Assembly (NCBI GenBank): GCA_013265495.1
Contig: MU058059.1
Location: forward strand, 3,945,502 to 4,005,501
Direction: 5' to 3'
Length of the DNA stretch: 60,000 nucleotides
Source: Vicugna vicugna
Taxonomy: Eukaryota
The notes below the pieces were generated by a model. It saw only the letters and a program-made list of their open reading frames with translations. It was not told where the DNA came from and did no database searches. The position numbers were made by a program, and so were the translations under genes. Shown piece by piece: positions 11,801 through 23,800 of the stretch (the stretch's first letter is position 1; each line of letters starts with the position of its first letter).

Positions 11801-14800
11801 GCCTTGTTTCACCAGTTTCTCTTTAACATTTTTTGATTTATAATCATTTTACAGTGTTGTGTCAAATTCCAGTGTTCAGCACAATTTTTCAGTCATTCAT
11901 GGACATATACACACTCATTGTCACATTTTTTTCTGAGTTATCATAACATTTTGTGTATATTTCCCTGTGCTATATAGTGTAATCTTGTTTATCTATTCTA
12001 CAATTTTGAAATCCCAGTCTATCCCTTCCCACCCTCTACCCCCCTGGTAACCACAAGTCTGTATTCTCTGTCTGTGAGTCTATTTCTGTCCTGTATTTAT
12101 GCTTTGTTTTTGTTTGTTTGTTTTTGTTTTTTAGATTCCACATATGAGCGATCTCATATGGTATTTTTCTTTCTCTTTCTGGCTTACTTCACTTAGAATG
12201 ACATTCTCCAGGAGCATCCATGTTGCTGCAAATGGCATTATGTTGTCGGTTTTTATGGCTGAGTAGTATTCCATTGTATAAATATACCACATCTTCTTTA
12301 TCCAGTCACCTGTTGATGGACATTTAGGCTGTTTCCATGTTTTGGCTATTGTAAATAGTGCTGCTATGAACATTGGGGTGCAGGTGTCATCCTGAAGTAG
12401 ATTTCCTTCTGGATACAAGCCCAGGAGTGGGATTCCTGGGTCATATGGTAAGTCTATTCCTAGTCTTTTGAGGAATCTCCACACTGTTTTCCATAGTGGC
12501 TGCACCAAACTGCATTCCCACCAGCAGTGTAGGAGGGTTCCCCTTTCTCCACAGCCTCTCCAGCATTTGTCATTTGTGGATTTTTGAATGACGGCCATTC
12601 TGACTGGTGTGAGGTGATACCTCATTGTAGTTTTGATTTGCATTTCTCTGATAATTAGTGATATTGAACATTTTTTCATGTGCTTTTTGATCATTTGTAT
12701 GTCTTCCTTGGAGAATTGCTTGTTTAGGTCTTCTGCCCATTTTTGGATTGGGTTGTTTATTTTTTTCTTATTGAGTCGTATGAGCTGCTTATATATTTTG
12801 GAGATCAAGCCTTTGTCGGTTTCACTTGCAAAAATTTTCTCCCATTCCGTAGGTTTTCTTCTTGTTTTATTTCTGGTTTCCTTTGCTCTGCAGAAGCTTG
12901 TAAGTTTCATTAGGTCCCATTTGTTTATTCTTGCTTTTATTTCTTCTAGGAGAAAATTTTTGAAATGTATGTCAGATAATGTTTTGCCTATGTTTTCCTC
13001 TAGGAGGTTTATTGTATCTTGTCTTATGTTTAAGTCTTTAATCCATTTTGAGTTGATTTTTGTATATGGTGTAAGGGTGTGTTCTAGCTTCATTGTTTTA
13101 CATGCTGCTGTCCAGTTTTCCCAACACCATTTGCTGAAGAGACTGTCTTTATTCCATTGTATATTCTTGCCTCCTTTGTCGAAGATGAGTTGACCAAAAG
13201 TTTGTGGGTTCATTTCTGGGCTCTCTATTCTGTTCCATTGGTCTATATGTCTGTTTTGGTACCAATACCATGCTGTCTTGATGACTGTAGCTCTATAGTA
13301 TTGTCTGAAGTCTGGGAGAGTTATTCCTCCAGCCTCTTTCTTTCTCTTCAGTAATGCTTTAGCAATTCTAGGTCTTTGATGGTTCCATATAAATTTTATT
13401 ATGATTTGTTCTAGTTCTGTGAAATATGTCCTGGGTAATTGGATAGGGATTGCATTAAATCTGTAGATTGCCTTGGGCAGTGTGACCATTTTAACAATAT
13501 TGATTCTTCCAATCCAAGAGCATGGAATATCTTTCCATTTTTTAAAGTCTTCTTTAATTTCCTTCATCAATGGTTTATAGTTTTCTGTGTATAATTCTTT
13601 CACCTCCTTGGTTAGATTTATTCCCAGATATTTTATTACTTTGGGTGCTATTTTAAAGGGGATTGTTTCTTTACTTTCTTTTTCTGTTGATTTATCGTTA
13701 GTGTAAAGAAAGGCAACTGATTTTTGAACATTAATTTTGTAACCTGCTACCTTGCTGAATTCTTCGATCAGCTCTAGTAGCTTTTTTGTGGACCTTTTAG
13801 GGTTTTCTATATATAGTAACATGTCGTCAGCATATAATGACACTTTTACCTCTTCTTTTCCAATTTGGATCCCTTTTATTTCTTTCTCTTGCCTGATTGC
13901 TGTGGCTAGGACTTCCAGGACTATATTGAATAGGAGTGGTGATAGTGGGCATCCTTGTCTTGTCCCAGATTTTAGTGGGAAGCTTTTGAGTTTTTCACCG
14001 TTGAGAACTATGCTGGCTATAGGTTTGTCATATATAGCTTTTATTATGTTGAGATATGTTCCCTCTATACCCACTTTGGCGAGAGTTTTTATCATAAATG
14101 GGTGTTGAATTTTATCAAATGCTTTTTCTGCATCGATTGAGATGATCATGTGGTTTTTGTCCTTTCTCTTGTTGATGTGATGTATTACATTGATTGATTT
14201 GCGTATGTTGAACCAGCCTTGTGTCCCTGGGATGAACCCCACTTGGTCATGATGTATAATCTTTTTTATGTGTTGTTGGATTCTATTTGCTAAAATTTTG
14301 GTGAGGATTTTGGCGTCTATGTTCATCAGTGATATTGGCCTATAATTCTCTTTTTTTGTAGTGTCTTTGCCTGGTTTTGGTATCAGGGTGATGGTGGCTT
14401 CATAGAATGAGTTTGGGAGTATTCCCTCCTTTTCAATCGTCTGGAAGAGTTTGAGAAGGACTGGTATGAGTTCTTCTTTGTATGTTTGGTAGAATTCCCC
14501 GGTGAAGCCGTCCGGTCCTGGACTTTTATTTGTAGGGAGGTTTTTAATTGCTATTTCTATTTCCTTTCTAGTGATCGGATTGTTCAAGTGTTCAGTTTCT
14601 TCTTGATTCAGTTTTGGTGGACAGTATGTTTCCAGAAACTTGTCCATCTCCTCTAGGTTATCCAGTTTGGTTCCATATAGTTTTTCATAATATTCTCGTA
14701 TGATATTCTGTATTTCTATTTTGTTTGTTGTAATTTCTCCATTTTCCTTTCTTATTTTGCTAATTTGTGCTCTCTCTTTTTTCTTCTTTGTGAGTTTGGC

Positions 14801-17800
14801 CAGAGGTTTGTCGATTTTATTTACTTTTTCAAAAAACCAGCTTTTGGTTTGGTTGATTTTTTCTATGGTCTTGTTAATCTCTATTGTATTTAATTCCTCT
14901 CTGATCTTTATTATTTCCTTCCTTCTGCTGCTTTTTGGGGCTTTTTGTTCTTCTTTTTCTAATTGATTCAGGTGGTGGGTTAACTTGTTTATTTGAGATT
15001 GTTCTTCTTTTTTGAGGAAGGCCTGTATCGCTATAAACTTCCCTCTTAGCACTGCCTTTGCTGTGTCCCATAGGTTTTGAGTGGTTGTGCTTTCATTATC
15101 ATTTGTCTCAAGGTATTTTTTAATTTCAGCTTTGATTTCCTCATTGATCCATTGTTTTTTCAATAACATATTGTTTAATCTCCATGCTTTTCTTTTTTTC
15201 TCCTTTGTTTCTCTGTTGTTGATTTCCAGTTTCATGGCATTGTGGTCAGTAAAGATGCTTGAGATAATTTCTATCTTCTTAAATTTGTTGAGGTTTCTTT
15301 TGTGTCCAAGTACATGATCGATCCTGGAAAATGTTCCATGTGCACTTGAAAAGAATGTATATTCTATTTTTTGGGGGTGTAATGCTCTGAAAATATCCAC
15401 CAAATCTAGTTTTTCTATTGTAGTATTTAATTTCTCTGTTGCCTTGTTTATTTTCTGTCTGGAAGATCTGTCTAGTGATGTTAATGCAGTGTTAAAATCT
15501 CCAACTATGATTGTATTCCCATCAATATCCCCCTTTATCTCTGTTAGTAATTCTTGTATGTACTTAGGTGCTCCTATATTGGGTGCATATATATTAACGA
15601 GTGTAATATCTTCATCTTGTATCACTCCTTTAATCATTATAAAATGTCCTTCTTTATCTTTCTTTATGGCCTTTGTTTTAAAGTCTATTTTGTCTGAAAT
15701 CAGTACTGCAACACCTGCTTTTTTGGCTTTTCCATTTGCATGGAATATCCTTTTCCATCCTTTCACTCTCAATCTATATGTGTCCTTCTCCCTAAAGTGG
15801 GTCTCTTGTATGCAGCATATTGAAGGTTCTTGCTTTATTATCCAGTCTGCCACTCTATGTCTTTTGACTGGAGCATTTAGTCCATTAACATTTACAGTAA
15901 TTAATGATAGATGTGTGTTTATTGCCATTTTGAACTTATCTTTGCAGTTGAATTGGTATATCCTCTTTGTTCCTTTCTTCTTCCTTTTGTGGTTTGGTAA
16001 TTTTCCTTTGTATTATCATGGATTTTATTTAATTTTTGTGACTCCCTTGTAAATTTTTGACTTGTGGTTACCCTTTTTTGTAAATCTATTAACCTATACC
16101 CGTTTTTAATAAACTGATAATAACATGATCTCAAACCCATCCTACTGTTAAAAAAATTTAAAAAAGAAAGAAAAAAAATTCTATATTTCCCTGCCTCCCT
16201 CTCCCACTCTCAGTGATTTGTATGTCTTCTTTTATAATTTCGTGTTTTCTTTATTTGTAATTCATGAGTTATCACCTTTCCAGTTGTACGTTTCTCATTT
16301 CTGTAGCATCCTGCTGCTTTTCTATTTAGAATAGCCCTTTCAATATTTCTTTTAGCATGGGTTTAGTGTTGCTAAACTCCTGCAGCTTTTTTTTGTCTGT
16401 GAAACTCTTTATTTCTCCTTCTATCCTAAAGGATAGCCTTGCTGGATAAAGTATCCTAGGCTGCATCTTTTTTTCATTCAGGGCTTTGAATATATCTTGC
16501 CACTCCCTTCTGGCCTGTAGTGTTTGTGTAGAGAAATCAGCTGAGAGCCTTATGGGGGTTCCCTTGTAGTTCACTCTTTGCTTTTCTCTTGCTGCCTTTA
16601 GAATCATTTCTTTATCCTTGACTCTGGCCATCTTGATTATGATATGTCTTGGTGTGGGTCTATTTGGGTTCTTCCTGTTTGGGACCCTCTGAGCTTCCTG
16701 TACTTGGATATCTGATTCCTTCTTTAAGTTTGGGAAGTTTTCAGTCATGATTTCTTCAAAAACCTTTTCAATCCCCTTTGATCCTTCTTCCCCTTCTGGG
16801 ACCCCTATTATGCGAAGATTGGGACGCTTTATATTATCCCATAGGTCCCTTATGCTATTATCATTATTTTTTATTTGCTTATCTTGTAGTTCTTCTGAAT
16901 GGGTGCTTTCTGTTGCCCTGTCTTCTAGATCACTAATTCGTTCCTCTGCATTAACTAGTCGGCTTTGCACAGCTGTTAGATCATTCCTCATCTCTGTCAA
17001 TGAGTTTTCCCATTTTGCTTGGCTCTTCTTTATAGCTTCAATTTCATTTTTGACATATTTTATTTCTCTAAGCATTATCTCTTTTAATTCCTTCAGCAAT
17101 TTGATCACTCCTTTTTTGAAATCTTGATCTAGTAGGCTATCGATGTCTATTTCATTGAGCTTTCTTTCAGGGGATTCCTCTTGTTCTTTTAATTGGGAAA
17201 GGTTTCTCTGCTTCTTCATCTTGCTCATACCTCTCTGGCACTGTGGTTTATGGAGTATCAGTTGTCTATTTTGGATCTTAAGGATTTTATCTATCTAATG
17301 CCTATTTAGGAATAGAACTTAGGAAAGAAAAAAAAAGAAAAAGAGAAAAAGATTTTTAAAAGAAGGGAGAAAAAGGGTTTGAAAACATTGTATAATGAAT
17401 AATAGAAGAGCGGGTTGAAGCAGAGTATTAATCGGGTGGAGACGTCCTTTTAAAACCTTTAAAAAGAAAAAAAAGAAAAAAACAGGGGTGGAGAGATGAA
17501 TATATGTGTTTGAAACCTGTGTCTAGTCAATAACCGGACATCAAAACTCAAGAGAAATAGAAATGAATTAAGAAGTAAAAATTAAGAGAGTAATTGAAAA
17601 TAGAACAGGTAAAAACAGATTTAAAAAAAACAAACAAAAAAAAAAAGGGGTTGTCGGTGTTCTCCTGGAGTCTGTGTGCTTTTAATGTGAAGTCCTTCTG
17701 TCTTCGTCCTGTTTTGGAAGCTCAGCTTGTTTTCATAGGCCCTCCGTTGGCGCCCTCTTCTGTGCTGCTCCCAGCACCTGTCGGCAAGCAGATCGCGCCT

Positions 17801-20800
17801 CCTCCTAACACGGGGTCAGGTGCAGCTCTCCTCTGCTGTGGGCGGGCGGGTCACTGCCCCTCCGGATGCCGCAGTCAGATGTTGCAGACTGGCCAGGCAG
17901 GAGGGCGGGTCGTGCCCCCTCCCAGCACCTCGGTCAGGGGCTGTGTTCCTGCCCGACAGGCGGGGGGCCGCTCTCCCCCTGCCTGCGCCGCCGGCGGCTC
18001 CGCCGCTCTGTGCTCTGCGCCGGCGCTCCGCCCTGGTCGCGCTCCGCGGGTGGGCTGGGGAAGACCGAGGGGCAGCCTCCTCCGTGCTCTGAGCCAAGAC
18101 CCAGCTCCCTGTTTGTCTTTGTGGAGCAAGTTCTCTGAGGGACCAGGGTGGAAGGATCCTATCTTCCCCGGGCTGTAGGCCCGTCTCAGTCTGGCCCTTG
18201 AGGCTGCTAAGCCCTTCGGTGCGGACGCAGGTTTCGCCTCTGCCCCCGCCTGGGTGCTCAGCGCCGGAGAATATGGCGGCTCTGCCTGGGCCCCGCCCCT
18301 CTTCCCCTGAAAAGTTTCCGTGGGTTTTCAGAGATGGGGGTATGCACCCTTCCCCCGAGAGCACATCAACCTTGCTGTTTTATGGAGGGCCCAGGTTGTT
18401 CTGTCCTGTACACCCACAGCCCCGGCGCCCAGCCCCTTGCAGTCCCCCGGAGCTGCCTCCGTGCAGCCGCCCCCGTCCTCCGCCCGGCTTGTGCAGCCTG
18501 GCCCTGCCCGCCGCTGCCGGCCCGCGTCTCAGGCTGGGTGTCGGGGGGACGCTCTGTGCCCGTTTAACTTAGTTCTGTCAGACAAGGGCTGCTCTGTACA
18601 GATCCGAGCCTTGGAGGCTCCCCCTCCGTCCCGCTGGCCTCTCAATTGGAGAGGGGAGACCCAGCGAGCAAGCGCCAGTCCTCCTTTGCCGCTCCCTCCC
18701 CGCGGGACCCGTCCCGCGCTGCTTTGCCTTTTGTTCTTTCTTTTTTCCTTTTCTCCTACCAGATTTTTGGCGTCTTTATCTTTTGAAGAGGGCGATGATC
18801 TGTTGGAGTTCCGCAGGTGCTCTGGTTGGCTGAGTGGGTCTGTAGATGTGGGTCTTGGTGTATTTGTGGGAGAGGGTGACTTACGAGCGTCCTTCTACTC
18901 CGCCATCTTGCCTCTTCTCTCCTGTCTGTTTTCTAAGTCTGCGAGTTGCTTTGTCGGTGAGTCCCTTTGTCTTTTTTTTTTTTTTTTTTAAGATTCCGCA
19001 TGTTTTTCTTTCTCTTTCTGACTTAATTCACTTAGAATGACATTCCCCAGGTCCACCCATGTTGCTACAAATGGCATTATTTTTTTTAATGTCAGAATGT
19101 TTTGCCTGTGTTTCCTTCTAAGAGGTCGGTAGCGTCTGGGCTCATGTGTAAGCCTTTGAGCCCTTCCGAGTTTACGTTTGTGTGCGGAGTGAGGGAGTCC
19201 AGTTTTCCCAGCAGTATTTGCCGAAGAGACTGTATTTTTGCTCCACTGTATGTTCCTGCCTCCTTGGTCAAAGATTACTCGACCAGAAGTTTGCGTGTGC
19301 ATTTCTGGGCTCTGCGCTCTGTTCCTTTGATTCGTGTGTCTGTTTTTGTACCAATACCATGCTGGGGTTTTTTTGTTTTGTCTTTTGGGTTTGTTTTAGT
19401 TGAGGTTCAGTCAGGTACAGCGTGTCGGGTTCTGGTGTACAGCACGGTGGCCCAGTCTCTCACACGTGTACGTGTGTTCGTTATCATAGTCCCCTCACTA
19501 AAGGTTATTGTGAGATACTGAATACAGTTCCCTGAGCCACACGGGAGAAACTCGTTTTCTCCTGCAGTCTGCTTTGCTGTGTAGTGGCTACTGTTTGCAA
19601 TTCTCAGACTTGGAAATTTGTCCCTTCCCACTCCTTCCTTTCCCTGGCAGCCGTAAGATTGCTCACCATGTCTGCCAGTCTGTTTCTGTTTTGCAGAGGG
19701 GTCACAGTGTCTTTTTTTTCTTTTCTTTTACCGGATTTTGTGAGAATCCTCCTGTATTTTGATGCTAGAGACACTGCCCGAGGCAGTAGGTGTCTGTGCG
19801 ATTCAGTGGGTTTGTAGGTGTGATAATGTTGCGTTGAGTGGGAGAGGCAAGCTGTGAGTCTCTCTACTTTGACGTCTTGGTACCAGCTCCTAGGTACCAG
19901 GTCTTTTAAAGTGTTGATTTGGAGATGGGGACCACTGCATGCTGAGACTTGCTCAGTAACAATGCAGAGACACTCTATGTGGGCGTTTCTTTGAATAAGA
20001 GGGCTGCAGACTCAGATGGAGGTTCGTCACGGGGTGGCTGTAAGGAGGCAGCCTGGGTGTGTGGGCAGGAGGTCCCAGGAGAAGTGCGGCCCCTCCCGGA
20101 GGTGGCAGACCGCTCCGGGGCCGCTGCTGCGCTGCGCAGCTCACCGGGGCCATCAGAAGCGCGAGCCTGCTGGCCTGTAGCATTTGATGTTTCTGTAGTA
20201 GGAAGACTTGCATAGAGTCTTTGTGAAACTAATTTTAAAATAGTGGATGGTTCAAGCAGCACCCCCTTGGAGGCGAGACAGCCTGGGCTGCCTTTGTGTG
20301 GGCCTCGTGCACGGTGGGGACTCACTAGTGTCCGGGAAGTGTAACTGCTTCGAGAGCGGGAAAGAGCACGTGCGGTGGTTTCTACCCTTTGTATAGTCCC
20401 CCTGACGCTCTGTAACGTGATGCACCGAGGAAGCTGAGCGGGATGGTTTTGGTTTGCGGAGTGAAGCTGATGGGGACCCGCCCTGTGAGGCGTTTCTACT
20501 TAAGTAGGTGCATCGTTGTGTCCTGTTGGGGGTCAGTCTTGTGCTTTCTTGAACTGGGGATAGCGGGGTTTCAGATTGTCAGCTCTGCGTTTCTTAGTGG
20601 ATGCATCTGTTGATCTGTGCTGTGCTCTTTGCCTGAAGGAGATGCAGAAACTCCCAGAGGCTGTGCAGCTGATCGAGAAGGCCAGCACGATGTACCTGGA
20701 GAACGGCACTCCGGACACGGCGGCCATGGCCCTGGAGCGCGCCGGGAAGTGAGTGTGCAGCGCTCGGGCCACGTGGGCGGCTGCTGGTTTCAACAGAATC

Positions 20801-23800
20801 CTTTGAAAACCAGTTTTCCATATCTCATGGGAGTCAAATTTCCTTGTCTAATCTAGGCTTATAGAAAACGTAGATCCGGAAAAGGCTGTCCAGTTGTATC
20901 AACAGACAGCAAACGTGTTTGAAGTAAGTTTATTTTTTCTTTCTGTGTACTTAGAACGTTAGGTGCATAATATATAGGAAAACAGAAGTGCAGTAGGTAC
21001 TTTGAAAACTTTTCTGTGCTCACAACTGAACTGCATTTTTCTATGAGTGAATGGATTAGCAGCTTTGGTGTCCACTCCCCCCCACCCCCGATGGAGTCCA
21101 TTACTGTTTTTAATGAAATGATTGTTGGGGAAAGAAAGAAGATCTGCTACATGAGAGCAGCCAACAGTCTCTGTTCTTGGATCCCTGCAGAACGAGGAGC
21201 GCTTGAGGCAGGCGGTTGAGTTACTAGGAAAGGCGTCCAGGCTGCTGGTCCGGGGACGCAGGTACGTGTCCCCTGCACCTTCAGTCCACATTCAGGGACT
21301 CATACTTAATGGATGGAGGGTCTGTTCATGTTTTTGGTGCCGCCTTGAGCTGCCCCTGGGAGACCTGGTGTCCAGGAGACAGCGTGGAAGGGTCAGCTGC
21401 CGTTCTTGTGTGGGACCCCAGACGTGTCACGGCTGCTCTTGCCGCTTCAGACCTGACACAGCAGCGGGCGGAGAGCCGCTGTCCGGGTCTTTAGTTAACT
21501 TGGTTCAGTTGTGACGTCTCTCCAGGAGGAGTGTCTGTGCGTGTAAATGATGAGAGGCCCTGCCTGCTCCCCGAGTTGTGTCGCTAAGCAGCACTTTTTA
21601 TCCTTCACACGTACAACCCACAGCACAAATAGCTGGACCGCAGGAACCTAGAGTCCTACTGGATTTTCCTTTTGTTTTTTACTTCCCTTCACTTTAAGCT
21701 TAGTAAACTATCTCTGTTACTAATAAAATTCTGAGCAGGAAAATGTGAGAGTAGAATGTTGAGGACACAGGTAAGTCTCTGCCCTCCTGCTGCCCTTCCT
21801 GGCCCTGGGAGCTGGTTGGGCTCATGGAGGCCCCAGGGAGCCTGTGAGGGTGAGGACAGAGTGGGAGGAGGGGCTCCTGAGGGGCCTGGTGGCCTTTCAG
21901 CAGAAGGAAAGAAGCCTTGTGATTGAGTACAGGGCAGCCTCCCCAGTCCTTGTCACACACGCCCCCAGAGCGGTTTGTTGACTGTGACGCTCATCACGCT
22001 GACCCCGTATGAAGTGACCTGTCCTTAGGTCGCTCCCGCTGTCCTCTTGGTGTCCAGAAGGGCAGGTCGAACACCCAGGGGCAGCTGGGGCACTGGGGAG
22101 AGTGCCGGACCTCCTCTTTCTCTGAAACTTGTGGCGACGAGCACGTAACAGCAGCCAGCTCTCTGGGGGTCGTCGGGACCTGCCTCCCCTCACTCTCTCT
22201 CTCTTCAGGTTTGATGAGGCGGCGCTCTCTATTCAGAAAGAGAAGAATATTTATAAGGAAATTGAGAATTACCCAACTTGTTACAAGGTACGGTGTGAAA
22301 GTGTTTGCTTCTGGCTTTACATTAGATCATTTTTCATATTGGTGTAGCTCTGCACCTAAGACAGGCTTCCAGGAATGTCTGTGTAGTTTTTGAAATAACA
22401 CATTATGGGCCTCTATGTTTGGCCAAGGGGGAGGAAACCCACTGTAGCCTGTCCCTCCTGCTGAGCACCACCAGTGCAGAGGTCAGGGGCAGGGGCTCAA
22501 CCGGGAGGGCAGCCAACGTGGAGCACGTGGAGAAGGGGCGGCTCAGGGTGGTTCCCGGTCCTCTCCCCGTGGGCTCTGGGTGCCCCGTCTTTCTACCCAG
22601 AAGAGCTGGGGACAGAGGCCCGTATTTCCCTCTCCTTCCTCCCTGGGCTGCTCTGGGGGGGCCTGTCCTGGAGCTGCAGTGGTGATGGCGGTGTGGGCGG
22701 ACAAATGCCAGTGAGACCCAGTCTGCTCAGCTAGAGCAGGCGGGCGGGTGGCCGGGTAACACCCCAGAAAGGGGCCCCGAGTGTGGGAGGTCCGTGACGT
22801 GCTGCCGTCGTCAGGAGTGAAGGCTCATGTTGCCCGGAGAGGCCCAGGTGGTGGTGGGGTCACCCAGTCAGGACCTGAAGCCGCTGTCATCACTGCTCTG
22901 GGAGGCAGAGGTGAACACAGGTGAAATGGCCCGAAGGACTGATTTTTTCTTTTTTAAATGGAAATTATAAATGAACTAAATGAGAATTTTAGAACTGAAA
23001 TAGTGTCTGAAATAAAATACTGGATGGGCTTAATCTGAAAATGGAGATGGCAGAAGATTCATTGAGCTTAGATAGGTCAGCGACGGTCATCTGAAAAGTG
23101 GACGTGAAAAAGACTGAGAAGTCCTTCATGAAGAGCTGTTTGTGGATAAGGTCTTGCCGGGCGTGGCTGTTGTGACGGGGGCTGCACTGGGTCTTAGGTG
23201 GCTCAGGGCTGTGCAGCCGTCTTGGACATGTTGACCTCCCAGACCCGGCGCACGAGGTGTCTTTCCATTTATTCCCTTCGTCAGTGTCTTACAGCTTTCA
23301 GCGTGCAGGTAACCTTGGCTAGGTTTACTCTAAGTATTCTGTTGTTTTTGATGCAAGGGAAATGTCTATGCCAGCTATAAAATTCTATTTTTTGTTTTTT
23401 AACATTTTTTTTCAGTTTTACTAGGTAAAAATTATTACAGTTTAACTGCACGTGTACATTATATTGCATATTAATACATATGTAAATATACTGCACCTTT
23501 TTTGTTTACATACATGTACTGAAGATTGTTTCTAAGAACAGATTAGAGCTTCAGCTTTTTAAACTTACATAGTTATCAAAGGAATAAAGCCAACCGCAAG
23601 ATAAGAACAGATTTTGGTAATCCAATCATAATGGATAGTCAAATGTGCTTACACATATTCGGGAAATCAGTCGTTATTTATAACGTAGACAAGCAGTTCA
23701 TTTGTGTCCTTATTTTCTTGTTTTTTAAGATTCTACATATAAGTGGTATCATGTGGCATTTTTTTTTTCCTTCCTGGCTCATTTCACTTAAAATGACGAT

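Larger units (their letters stand above)
11791..18922 (-). mobile_element. Full-length LINE-1 with intact ORF1 and ORF2, antisense in NAPG intron 5
   Basis: 5' end GGAGAGAAGAGGCAAGATGGCG (YY1 site), about 1.7-kb CpG-rich 5' UTR, ORF1, about 400-nt spacer, ORF2, 3' UTR, poly(A) (T-run 11790-11800); TSD CTGTTTTCT 11782-11790 / 18926-18934. Confidence 0.96.
11512..19085 (-). mobile_element. Older L1 3'-end fragment split by the full-length L1 (pieces 11512-11790 and 18926-19085)
   Basis: Left piece is an L1 3' UTR (ttaattgaa..gtcagtttacaa). Right piece continues into the ORF2 end ([27 protein letters not shown]). Confidence 0.75.

Noticed and set aside
12633..17127. Hydrophobic + strand ORFs (186, 118, 202, 126 aa)
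   Set aside because: Antisense shadows of the A-rich L1 ORF1/ORF2
18320..18991. 223-aa antisense ORF in the L1 5' UTR
   Set aside because: Starts at GTG, lies in GC-rich sequence and is out of frame with NAPG exon 6 at the 18957 donor
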